This document shows positions 29,255 through 37,557 of a stretch of 64,000 bases of DNA, in pieces (position 1 is the stretch's first letter; every line of letters begins with the position of its first letter). The position numbers and the translations under genes were made by a program. Origin of the DNA: an uncultured Planctomycetia bacterium (GTDB lineage: Bacteria > Omnitrophota > Gorgyraeia > Tantalellales > Tantalellaceae); contig CAZNEE010000004.1 in assembly GCA_964572255.1 (NCBI GenBank), forward strand, positions 26,344 to 90,343, read 5' to 3'. The notes below the pieces were generated by a model. The model worked only from the letters and a program-made list of their open reading frames with translations. It was not told the DNA's origin and ran no database searches.

Positions 29255-30862
29255 ATGATGGGAAAAGAACAGACCAATAATCGTTCTGAAGAGAAAAAAT
29301 ACGAAGCTTTAAGCCCGTTTGAGCTCAAGAATAAACTTATAGACATGGCCCAGACGCATCACGAGCGCATGATGCTTAACGCGGGAAGAGGCAATCCCAA
29401 TTGGATCACAATGATGCCGCGGCGCGGATTTTTTCAACTAGGGCTTTTTGCTGTTCAGGAATCAGAAAGAAGACCCCACAGGCCAAGATTGGGATCAACT
29501 CCGGAGAAGGAAGGTATTGCAAAAAGGTTTGAGGAATATCTTGCGGAGAATTGGGAGGGTGAAGGCGTTCCGTTCTTAAAAGAAGCTCATAATTATGTTA
29601 TCAATGAATTAAAACTTGACCCGGACGATTTTATTTGTGAAATGGTGGATGCGATACTCGGAGATCATTATCCCACACCGGACAGGATGCTCACTAGCAG
29701 TGAAAAAATAGTCCACAAGTATCTTGAGCAGGAGATGTTCGGCAATGATCCCAAACTGGGCAAGTTCGATCTTTTTCCGACGGAAGGCGGGACCGCCGCA
29801 ATGGATTACATATTTACTTCTCTTATGGAGAATAAACTTCTGCACAAAGGGGATAAGATCGCTTTAGGGACGCCGATATTCACCCCGTATCTTGAGATCC
29901 CGCATTTAAATGATTATGAGTTCGTAGAACTTGAAGTCAAGCAGGGCGAAAACTCAGACTGGCAGTATTCCGATTCCGAGATCGAAAAACTGGCGGATCC
30001 GGATGTAAAAGCGTTTTTTCTGGTGAACCCTTCAAACCCCACATCGGTGAGCATACAGGAAGATACTCTCAAAAAAATAGGGGACCTGGTCAAAAATAAA
30101 CGCCGGGACCTGATCTTGCTTACGGATGATGTATATGGCACATTTGTCAATGGTTTCAGGTCGCTTGCGGCCGTCGCGCCGTACAATACGATCCTTGTAT
30201 ATTCATATTCCAAATACTTCGGCGCTACAGGCTGGAGGCTGGGCGTAATAGGGATGCACGAGAACAACGTATTTGATAAGGCAATCGCTTCATTGTCTGA
30301 AAGTGACAGGAAAGGATTACATGCGCGATACAGCACTGTGGTCCTCGATCCCGACGGCATGAAATTGATCGACAGGATGGTCGCCGATTCCAGGTCCGTT
30401 GCGCTGCATCATACCGCGGGGCTTTCAACGCCGCAGCAGGTGCTGATGGTCCTGTTCTCCCTCTATTGTTTGATCGATAAAGAAAACAGGTATAAAGAGG
30501 AAGCTCAGTCAATAGTCGCTCATAGGTTCAAGACCCTGTACGATGCTATAGGCATCCCGTATCCCGACAATCAGTATGACGCGCATTATTATACAACTAT
30601 TGATATCCCGACCCTGGCGAAGACCAGGCACGGGGAAGATTTTGCTAAATATCTTGTTGGAGATCATGAGCCTATCGATTTTGTCTGGAGGCTTGCGGAC
30701 GAAAAGTCCATTGTCCTGATGGATGGCGGAGGTTTTGATGCGCCTAATATGTCCGTGCGCGTATCACTTGCTAATCTTCAGGACTCCGCTTACGAAAGAA
30801 TAGGTAAAGGCATTAGCGAGCTTCTGGAAGAGTATTATAAAGAATGGAAGGGAAAGGCATGA
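29255..30862 (+). CDS. aspD: L-aspartate 4-decarboxylase / aminotransferase
   Basis: LSPFELKNKL, NAGRGNPNW, TEGGTAAM, YSYSKYFGATGWRLG, HTAGLSTPQQ. Confidence 0.95.
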   Translation: MMGKEQTNNRSEEKKYEALSPFELKNKLIDMAQTHHERMMLNAGRGNPNWITMMPRRGFFQLGLFAVQESERRPHRPRLGSTPEKEGIAKRFEEYLAENWEGEGVPFLKEAHNYVINELKLDPDDFICEMVDAILGDHYPTPDRMLTSSEKIVHKYLEQEMFGNDPKLGKFDLFPTEGGTAAMDYIFTSLMENKLLHKGDKIALGTPIFTPYLEIPHLNDYEFVELEVKQGENSDWQYSDSEIEKLADPDVKAFFLVNPSNPTSVSIQEDTLKKIGDLVKNKRRDLILLTDDVYGTFVNGFRSLAAVAPYNTILVYSYSKYFGATGWRLGVIGMHENNVFDKAIASLSESDRKGLHARYSTVVLDPDGMKLIDRMVADSRSVALHHTAGLSTPQQVLMVLFSLYCLIDKENRYKEEAQSIVAHRFKTLYDAIGIPYPDNQYDAHYYTTIDIPTLAKTRHGEDFAKYLVGDHEPIDFVWRLADEKSIVLMDGGGFDAPNMSVRVSLANLQDSAYERIGKGISELLEEYYKEWKGKA

Positions 30863-32538
30863 TGCATTATTTCGTTGATACTTGTAAGGCTTATCCTCAA
30901 ATTGCGGTGTTTCTTGCGCTTGCGATAGGTTATTATGTCGGCAAGATAAAAATTTTTGGGTTCACCCTTGGCTCGACTGCGGGAGTCCTTTTAAGCGCGA
31001 TTGTCATAGGCCAAATGGATATTACTGTTCCCCCGATGGCAAAGGCCATAGGGTTTGCGCTCTTCATATTCTGCATAGGATACAAAGTGGGGCCGCAATT
31101 TTTCGGTGCGATGAAAAAAGAAGGCCTTAAGTATATTGTACTTTCTTTATTCGTCGCTATAGTCGGGCTAGCAACAGCTGTCATTCTGGGTAAAACGCTG
31201 GGCTTTGATAAAGGAACTGCGGCAGGCCTTATTTCCGGAGCTATGACACAATCCTCAATCATAGGAACAGCCGACGGGGCTATAAGCCACTTAGCGATAT
31301 CTCAGGCCCAGAAAACGGCTCTTGAGGGTAATGTTGCTATAGCATACGCGATAACCTATATATTTGGGGTGGCGGGTCTGATAGTTTTTTACAAGATATT
31401 TCCGAGCATTTTGAAAGTTAACCTGAAAGATGAAGCCAGAAAGCTTGAACAGGAGATGTCCGGTGGGTCGGCGGAAGAGCTTGCCCCGGGGTTATTCTCA
31501 TGGTCCGGCAGGCTAAGCCTCAGGGTATATCGCGCCAAACATGAGAATGTAATAGGCAGGACCGTGAGGGATTTGGAGGAGATGTTTCCCGGAAGAGTTG
31601 CTGCCGATAAAATAAAACGCGGAGATAAAGTTTTTGACCCGGAACCGACTACAGTTATAGAGGCAGATGATAAGATAGCTTTAATAGGCAGCCGGGAAGA
31701 ATTTGTTAAAGTCGGCACAATGATCGGTCCTGAAATAGAAGACAAAACTGTTTCAGAGATCATCGGCGAAATGCTGGATATCTGCGTTCTTAATAAAGAA
31801 GTGGTGGGTAAAACTCTTGGCCAGTTGAGCGAAAAACATGGACACGGATGTTTTTTGAGAAAAATTTTAAGGCAAGGGCACGAAATACCTATTACCAGAG
31901 ACACTGTAATTAATAAATGCGATGTCTTAAAAGTTGCCGGCACCCAGAAAGATGTAGAGAAACTGGTAAAAGAGGTTGGATATCCGGAACGGCCGACGAA
32001 TACCACGGATCTAGTAATGGTGGGAGCAGGGTGTGTTTTAGGAACATTGCTTGGACTTTTGGCTGTAAAAGTAGGGGATATACCTCTAACACTTGGTATT
32101 GGCGGAGGCGTATTATTGGCGGGGTTAGTAGCCGGATGGCTTCGTTCACTTCACCCTACATTCGGACAGATCCCGACAAGCGCGCAATGGATATTTACGG
32201 ATTTCGGATTAAGTCTTTTTATCGCGTGTGTAGGTCTTACCGCAGGACCTAAGGCGGTCGAAGCTATCAAAACAACAGGGATCTCATTATTTTTAGCCGG
32301 AGTGGTTCTTACAATTACGCCGCATATACTTGGGTATTTTTTCGGCAGGGGGGTTTTAAGGTTAAACCCTCTTTTAACTATGGGAGCTTTGACCGGTGCA
32401 GGGACCGCGACGCCGTCACTCAATGTCCTTAAAGACGAGGCGGACAGTTCCATGCCGGCCCTGGGTTATACAGTGCCTTATGCGTTTGGTAATTTTATTT
32501 TAACGGTATGGGGTACGGTAATTATTCATTTGATGTAA
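30859..32538 (+). CDS. aspT: Aspartate:alanine antiporter
   Basis: GYKVGPQFF, GAMTQSSIIG, two TrkA-C-like loops, PALGYTVPYA; directly after aspD. Confidence 0.92.
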   Translation: MMHYFVDTCKAYPQIAVFLALAIGYYVGKIKIFGFTLGSTAGVLLSAIVIGQMDITVPPMAKAIGFALFIFCIGYKVGPQFFGAMKKEGLKYIVLSLFVAIVGLATAVILGKTLGFDKGTAAGLISGAMTQSSIIGTADGAISHLAISQAQKTALEGNVAIAYAITYIFGVAGLIVFYKIFPSILKVNLKDEARKLEQEMSGGSAEELAPGLFSWSGRLSLRVYRAKHENVIGRTVRDLEEMFPGRVAADKIKRGDKVFDPEPTTVIEADDKIALIGSREEFVKVGTMIGPEIEDKTVSEIIGEMLDICVLNKEVVGKTLGQLSEKHGHGCFLRKILRQGHEIPITRDTVINKCDVLKVAGTQKDVEKLVKEVGYPERPTNTTDLVMVGAGCVLGTLLGLLAVKVGDIPLTLGIGGGVLLAGLVAGWLRSLHPTFGQIPTSAQWIFTDFGLSLFIACVGLTAGPKAVEAIKTTGISLFLAGVVLTITPHILGYFFGRGVLRLNPLLTMGALTGAGTATPSLNVLKDEADSSMPALGYTVPYAFGNFILTVWGTVIIHLM

Positions 32539-32553
32539 AAACGAGGAGGAGAA

Positions 32554-32976
32554 ATGATAAAAAGTGCGGTTTTAACCAATCAAATTATCGTCCAAGCTGT
32601 GAACAAGAAAGGCACTCTGGCTGATATCGCAAAGCTGACATCCGAACACGGGATAAATATCGAGGCCATGGCGGGCTATGTGGCGGACGGCGATACGGCT
32701 ACTCTGATGCTGGTCACGGATGACGAGCGCAGAACGGTGGATCTTCTTAAAGAACACGGATACCAATCCGTGCACGAGACAAAAGTCATTTATATTGAGA
32801 TCGAAAGCAAACCGGGCGCTTTAAAGGTTATTTCGGATAAATTGGCGGACAACGATATCGATATAAAGTATAATTACGGGACAACATCTTCTGACGCGAG
32901 ATATTCGAGGATGGTCCTGGGAACAAGCGACAATGAGAAAGCCGTTGTTCTTTTCCAAAAATTTACCGAAGAATAG
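32554..32976 (+). CDS. Tandem ACT domain protein
   Basis: NKKGTLADI...GINIEA and SKPGALKVI...IDIKY. Confidence 0.85.
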   Translation: MIKSAVLTNQIIVQAVNKKGTLADIAKLTSEHGINIEAMAGYVADGDTATLMLVTDDERRTVDLLKEHGYQSVHETKVIYIEIESKPGALKVISDKLADNDIDIKYNYGTTSSDARYSRMVLGTSDNEKAVVLFQKFTEE

Positions 32977-32988
32977 TTTGTCCTACTT

Positions 32989-33381
32989 ATGAAGATCGGG
33001 CTGGATGTTGACGATACGATAATGAGGGCTCCGGAATTATTTAGTTTGCTTTCCAAAGCTGCATCGGAGGCGGGCTGGCAGATTCATGTTATTACCACGC
33101 GTCCTGATACTGAATCTGACAGACAAAGAACTATTGACGATCTAGAGAAGGAAAAAATTTCATATCATACTGCATATCATCTTCCCAAGCAAGAAGGGGA
33201 AGTTGAAGATTGCCCTTATGAAGATCTTGACAGCTATCATAAATTCGTGTGGCAAAAGGTAAGATACTGTCAGGAAGAAGGAATAGACATCTATTTTGAT
33301 GATGACGAAAGGGTTGTTGAGCTATTTAAAATATTTGCTCCCAAAATACAGATCTTTCGCGTTTGCAAGCATGATATCTGA
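32989..33381 (+). CDS. Small HAD-superfamily hydrolase-like protein
   Basis: GLDVDDTI (motif I), VITTR (II), K (III), YFDDD (IV). Confidence 0.7.
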   Translation: MKIGLDVDDTIMRAPELFSLLSKAASEAGWQIHVITTRPDTESDRQRTIDDLEKEKISYHTAYHLPKQEGEVEDCPYEDLDSYHKFVWQKVRYCQEEGIDIYFDDDERVVELFKIFAPKIQIFRVCKHDI

Positions 33382-33397
33382 TCAAAAGGAGATCCCG

Positions 33398-33508
33398 GTG
33401 ACATTAAATAAAAAACAAATAATCACTTTAGCTGTTTTAGTCGCGCTTATTGCGATATGCATATTTTTTCTCAGGGAACAGGTTGCGACGCTCATAAGCT
33501 TCGATTGA
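33398..33508 (+). other. 36-aa single-TM ORF, probably a truncated membrane protein gene
   Basis: AAGGAG RBS, GTG start, one hydrophobic helix, then multiple stops. Confidence 0.4.
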
Positions 33509-33533
33509 TAGGGTTGATAATAAATATTTTCAG

Positions 33534-33782
33534 TTGCATTTGCAATTCAGGGGATTGTTGAATGTCGTAGCGGCAATTTTTGAGATCCCGACGACCATGA
33601 TGAAAGAGGGGGAAACTGAGGGTGCCGGCGCTGCCGTGACAAAGGGTCCGGTTCTTGGTATCGTGAACACGGTTGTAAGAGCGCTTGTGGGCGTTTACGA
33701 GATCGCTACATTCCCGGTTCCGGTTCCTGAAGGTTATAAACCTATCTTGGAGTCCCCGGAGATCTTGGGTAAGCAGATGTAA
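33534..33782 (+). pseudogene. 5'-truncated exosortase-associated (TIGR04073-like) protein
   Basis: RGLLNV...EIP...GVYEIATFPVPVPEGYKPILE matches the family, but there is no RBS or signal peptide. Confidence 0.6.
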
Positions 33783-33804
33783 AAGATATAATAATTGTTG
33801 TTTG

Positions 33805-33842
33805 AAAAGGCCTCATCTTCGAGATGAGGCCTTTTTGTTTTC
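33805..33842 (+). terminator. Intrinsic terminator
   Basis: AAAAGGCCTCATCT-TCG-AGATGAGGCCTTTTT. Confidence 0.9.
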
Positions 33843-33952
33843 ACGGGCATTCTTTTTAAAGAGCCGAAGAAGGACAGATCTGGTAAAAATTTAAAAATTC
33901 TCTTTGTCCCCTTGTAATTTCCTTGCTTATTATTATAATTTATAAGTATAAT

Positions 33953-34070
33953 ATTGCTGAAGAAACAGTTTTATCAAGACGTATCGCCGGGATTATGGAT
34001 GAAAACTGAATCAGGACGTTGTTGAACATGAGGGCAATTTTCACGGATGGTGGAAGTTGCCTTTTTTTAT
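33953..34070 (+). ncRNA. Candidate structured leader or sRNA ending in an intrinsic terminator
   Basis: Upstream TTGCTT-18-TATAAT (33923-33952); CAGTTTTATC/GATGAAAACTG stem; terminator GGCAATTTTCAC-GGATG-GTGGAAGTTGCC-T7. Confidence 0.5.
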
Positions 34071-34104
34071 CGACTAATAAACGCAATTAAAAGAAGGGGG
34101 AAAG

Positions 34105-34431
34105 ATGAAGAGAATCATAGCATTATTTTTAGTGGTTGCACTGGCTGCTGTAGTTGCGCCGGCATTCGCCGCGCAGGGGGCAAAAGGCGCAAGCGCGACA
34201 GCAATGGAAAAAGCGAGCGATGAGGCGATATTCCATCGTGTCGGCGATTGGTTTGCGACACGCGGTAAGACGCCGGAAGAAGCTCAGGCAATAAGAGCCG
34301 CAAGAAAGGCTGAAAGAACGGCAAAAAGGGCCCAGAAAGAGGCTGAAAGACAGAAAAAGCTCATGGAAAAACAATTGAGAAAATCCCAGAAAGAGATGAA
34401 AGGGCAAGTGAAAAAGGGCTGGGGGAAGTAA
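34105..34431 (+). CDS. Hypothetical secreted basic coiled-coil protein
   Basis: Signal peptide ending AFA; K/E/A-rich helix. Confidence 0.75.
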   Translation: MKRIIALFLVVALAAVVAPAFAAQGAKGASATAMEKASDEAIFHRVGDWFATRGKTPEEAQAIRAARKAERTAKRAQKEAERQKKLMEKQLRKSQKEMKGQVKKGWGK

Positions 34432-34464
34432 GCCCAGAGGCGCATTTTAAAAAGGAGTGAAAAA

Positions 34465-35289
34465 ATGAAGAAGCTCGTCAGTATTCTTATAGTGGTACTG
34501 GTTGTGCTTTTTGTTCTGTCTTTTGCTAAGGACATGATCATTAAGACATCAGTAGAAAAAGGAGTTGAAGTTGTTACGGGACTCCCCCTGAAGATGAAGA
34601 GTCTCACAGTCGGCATAATCAAGACACTGGTGGGCATAAAGGACCTTAAGGTCTACAACCCTGCGGGGTATAAAGATAAGGTCATGCTTGACATGCCTGA
34701 GATCTATGTTGATTATAACCTGCCTGACATTATTAAAGGAAAAGTGCACCTTAACGATGTGCGGCTGGATCTTAAAGAATTTGTTGTTGTTAAGAACGAA
34801 AAAGGAGAGTTGAATTTAAACGCAATAAAGACCGTTCAAACGCAGAAAGAAGGCGCAAAACCGGCTGAGGCGAAAGAAAAAGGCAAGGCTCCCGAGATAC
34901 AGATCGATAATCTCCAGCTGAAGATCGGCAAGGTTATCTACAAGGATTATTCTGAGGGCGGAGCGCCTTCCGTTCAGGAGTTCGACATCAATCTTAATGA
35001 GAGATACCAGAACATTGATGACCCGAACAAGCTGGTAAGTTTAATAGTTGTTAAGGCCCTTATGAATACTTCGATCGCAAAACTTACGAATTTTGACCTG
35101 AAAGGCATGCAAGGCACGATCGGTGATACGCTTGCAAACGCTCAAAAGGTGGTCGGTCAGGCTCAGGAAGTGCTCACGCAGACCACCCAGCAGGCACAAG
35201 AGGCTGTAAAAGGGACCACGGAGGTTTTAAAACAAACTACCGAAGAGCTTAAAGAATCTTTAAAACTGCCGTTTGGCTCCAAAAAGTAA
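34465..35289 (+). CDS. AsmA-like N-anchored periplasmic protein
   Basis: N-terminal TM; LKVYNPAGY motif also seen (FRVKNPPGY) in 56053-57273. Confidence 0.65.
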   Translation: MKKLVSILIVVLVVLFVLSFAKDMIIKTSVEKGVEVVTGLPLKMKSLTVGIIKTLVGIKDLKVYNPAGYKDKVMLDMPEIYVDYNLPDIIKGKVHLNDVRLDLKEFVVVKNEKGELNLNAIKTVQTQKEGAKPAEAKEKGKAPEIQIDNLQLKIGKVIYKDYSEGGAPSVQEFDINLNERYQNIDDPNKLVSLIVVKALMNTSIAKLTNFDLKGMQGTIGDTLANAQKVVGQAQEVLTQTTQQAQEAVKGTTEVLKQTTEELKESLKLPFGSKK

Positions 35290-35301
35290 AAACTATCAAG
35301 G

Positions 35302-35352
35302 AAAAATAAGGGACGGGTGCAAAATTAAAATTGGCGCGTCCCTTATTTTTTT
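35302..35352. terminator. Bidirectional terminator / REP-like hairpin
   Basis: AAAAATAAGGGACG...CGTCCCTTATTTTT perfect 14-bp arms. Confidence 0.75.
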
Positions 35353-35371
35353 GCATAATGCAATAAGATAT

Positions 35372-35400
35372 GGAACTTTTTTATGTTTTTTGTTGTCTAA
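35372..35400 (+). promoter_or_regulatory. ECF (RpoE-type) promoter upstream of the sigma gene
   Basis: GGAACT-17 bp-GTCTAA; twin at 36462-36490. Confidence 0.8.
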
Positions 35401-35417
35401 TATAACAGGGAAAGAAG

Positions 35418-35981
35418 ATGCAGGATATATCCAGGGATGTTGTAGAACGGGCGTCAGAAGGCGATATTGAGGCTTTTGAAGAGATTTATAGAATATCTGC
35501 AAGTTATGTATACACAATAGCTTACAGAGTCACACACAGCAAGGAAGATGCAGAGGAAGTTACTCAGGATGTTTTTATGGGCGTTTACAGAAATATCGGG
35601 AAATTTCAGTCGAGATCGACTTTTAAAACATGGGTATACAGGATAACAATGAATATCGCGATCAATTTAATTAACAGGAGAAAACGGAAAACCGGACGCA
35701 CGATTACGTATGACGACGCAATAAGTGCCGGGGAAAATATATACGCTCACGAAGGACAGCTTTATAAAGAGGATGATAAGAAAGTCATTGAGTCCATGTT
35801 GAGGGTTTTGCCCCCTGAACAAAAAGCATGTATAGTCCTTAAAGTCATGGAGGGACTTAAATATAAGGAAATAGCGGAGATTCTCAAGATAAATATTAAT
35901 ACCGTAAGATCAAGGCTTAAAAGGGCCCGCGAAAGACTTTTAGCCCTGAGAAAAAGGGAGGCGAGCGGCGATGAAGTGTAA
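35418..35981 (+). CDS. ECF RNA polymerase sigma factor
   Basis: DAEEVTQDVF, FKTWVYRI, EGLKYKEIAEIL, TVRSRLKRAR. Confidence 0.95.
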   Translation: MQDISRDVVERASEGDIEAFEEIYRISASYVYTIAYRVTHSKEDAEEVTQDVFMGVYRNIGKFQSRSTFKTWVYRITMNIAINLINRRKRKTGRTITYDDAISAGENIYAHEGQLYKEDDKKVIESMLRVLPPEQKACIVLKVMEGLKYKEIAEILKININTVRSRLKRARERLLALRKREASGDEV

Positions 35982-36459
35982 AAAAGTCCAAGACATGATA
36001 AAGACCGATTATATTGACGGCGAACTTGATGCTTCATTAAAAAGCCGGATCGATGAGCATTTAAGGATATGCCCCGAGTGCAGGCGGTTTGAAGAGGCGT
36101 TGCGCGAGGGTACGGTCGATCCTTTAAAGAAGGCGGAATTAATGCAGCCGTCTGAGGCGGTTTGGGAGAATATAAGGGCAGCTATTGAGGAAGAAAGGAC
36201 GCGAACTTTTCCTGCGATCTCAATATCGGCCTTGCGGGATCTTTTTATTTTTCGTAAGCCGAAATTGGCAATTGTGGCGGCTTTTCTTTTAGCGGTGATA
36301 ATCACATTCTTTTCCGTGAGATACTATGTCAGCCAAAATGCTTTGGAAGGATACCTCCAGGAGCAGGTAGAATTTTTGGATCTTCTGGGTAACGGCAACG
36401 GGGTTTTTGATCTGGAGGATATTGATATAGGTATTCCCGGGGAAGAATATCTGCTTTAG
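35971..36459 (+). CDS. Zinc-finger (zf-HC2) anti-sigma factor
   Basis: YIDGEL...HLRICPEC (HxxxCxxC), one TM helix. Confidence 0.9.
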   Translation: MKCKKVQDMIKTDYIDGELDASLKSRIDEHLRICPECRRFEEALREGTVDPLKKAELMQPSEAVWENIRAAIEEERTRTFPAISISALRDLFIFRKPKLAIVAAFLLAVIITFFSVRYYVSQNALEGYLQEQVEFLDLLGNGNGVFDLEDIDIGIPGEEYLL

Positions 36460-36461
36460 GC

Positions 36462-36490
36462 GGAACTTTTTTCAGGAAAGTTTTGTCTAA
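36462..36490 (+). promoter_or_regulatory. Second ECF promoter, upstream of the spy-like gene
   Basis: GGAACTTTTTT...TTGTCTAA, same spacing as 35372-35400. Confidence 0.8.
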
Positions 36491-36513
36491 GTAGATAGAA
36501 GGAGGTGATCGAG

Positions 36514-37011
36514 ATGAAGATAACATATAAAAAAATAGTAGTTTGTTTGCTTGTGGCAACGGTATTTTTTGCTGTGCCGGTCTTTTCTGCCCAGGCTTTT
36601 GAGAAGTACGCAAAAGAAAAAGGCGAATATGCTCAAAAGAAGATGGAGAGGCTCACAGCGGAACTGGGCCTTACTGATGAGCAGAAGAGTGAGATGCAGA
36701 AGCTGCGTGAAGAAAGCTGGGAGGGGAAGAGAGAGCTATACAGTCAGCTGAAGGCCGCAAGGAAGGAGCTTCGGGAAGAGCTGAAAAAACCTTCATCGGA
36801 CAGGGGAAAGATCAATGATATTGTTGCAAGAATGAAGGATCTTCAGGGGGAAATGATCGATAATAGAGTTGATCATTTTCTTGAGACGAAAGAAGTTCTT
36901 ACCGATGAACAGTTCCGGAAGTTCCAGGGCCTTCTGAAGGAAAAGCGCGATAAGGTTCGCAGGAAAATAGGCGAAAGAACGGAAAAAAGATCCCGCAGAA
37001 AAAGTTATTGA
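36514..37011 (+). CDS. Spy/CpxP-family periplasmic protein
   Basis: Signal peptide; LTxxQ motifs (LGLTDEQK, VLTDEQF). Confidence 0.88.
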   Translation: MKITYKKIVVCLLVATVFFAVPVFSAQAFEKYAKEKGEYAQKKMERLTAELGLTDEQKSEMQKLREESWEGKRELYSQLKAARKELREELKKPSSDRGKINDIVARMKDLQGEMIDNRVDHFLETKEVLTDEQFRKFQGLLKEKRDKVRRKIGERTEKRSRRKSY

Positions 37012-37025
37012 TAAGGGGGTGGGTC

Positions 37026-37406
37026 ATGAAGAGGATACTGGTGATAACAATTATCGGTGCATTTTTGATGTCTCTTGTCATCATCCCTTCGTTTGCCCAG
37101 AAAAGCTCCAGTGATCTTCTAAGGCAGGGGCTTTTAGGGGCCGGTGCGGGAGCCATCGGGGGCGCTGCCTCTGGCGCGAAGGGAAGAGATGTATGGAAAG
37201 GCGCTTTGGCGGGAGCCGGCGTAAATATCATCGGAGGCGCGCTTCTTGATTCTATCAGCGGGGAAAGAGTCGAAAGAGAAAGCAATGTGCAGCAAATGAG
37301 GCCGCGCGATGCATATGGCGAAGGATATCAGGACGGGTTTAATAACGGTTATAAGGCAGGTTATACCCGGGGCTACAAAGACGCCTTTACGGAAAACATA
37401 AGATAG
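37026..37406 (+). CDS. Secreted glycine-zipper protein (paralog of 27439-27798)
   Basis: QGLLGAGAGAIGGAASGAKGRDVWKGALAGAGVN nearly identical to the paralog. Confidence 0.8.
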   Translation: MKRILVITIIGAFLMSLVIIPSFAQKSSSDLLRQGLLGAGAGAIGGAASGAKGRDVWKGALAGAGVNIIGGALLDSISGERVERESNVQQMRPRDAYGEGYQDGFNNGYKAGYTRGYKDAFTENIR

Positions 37407-37468
37407 TATTGTCAAGAAAAAAAGAAATTTTTTATTAATAAAAATATAAAAATTTTTTTAACATTTTG

Positions 37469-37497
37469 TTGACAGTGCCTACCTAATAATATAATAT
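37469..37497 (+). promoter_or_regulatory. Sigma70-like promoter
   Basis: TTGACA followed by TATAAT/TAATAT in an AT-rich intergenic region. Confidence 0.55.
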
Positions 37498-37557
37498 GAT
37501 TTCTCGTCTTTAGAGAAGTCATATTATTTATCTTTATATATATTTATTTTATACAAC

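Noticed and set aside
27099-33782. Integrase-driven genomic island or prophage at tRNA-Gly
   Set aside because: No integrase, phage genes or duplicated tRNA 3' end seen; kept only as a possible degraded islet
33969-34005. SAM-I riboswitch (starts TTATCAAGA)
   Set aside because: Lacks the GGCAACC, GGTGC/AATTCC and closing GAT(A/G)A architecture; the downstream gene is unrelated to sulfur metabolism
33995-34025. Leader peptides MDEN and MKTESGRC
   Set aside because: No convincing RBS or regulatory codon run
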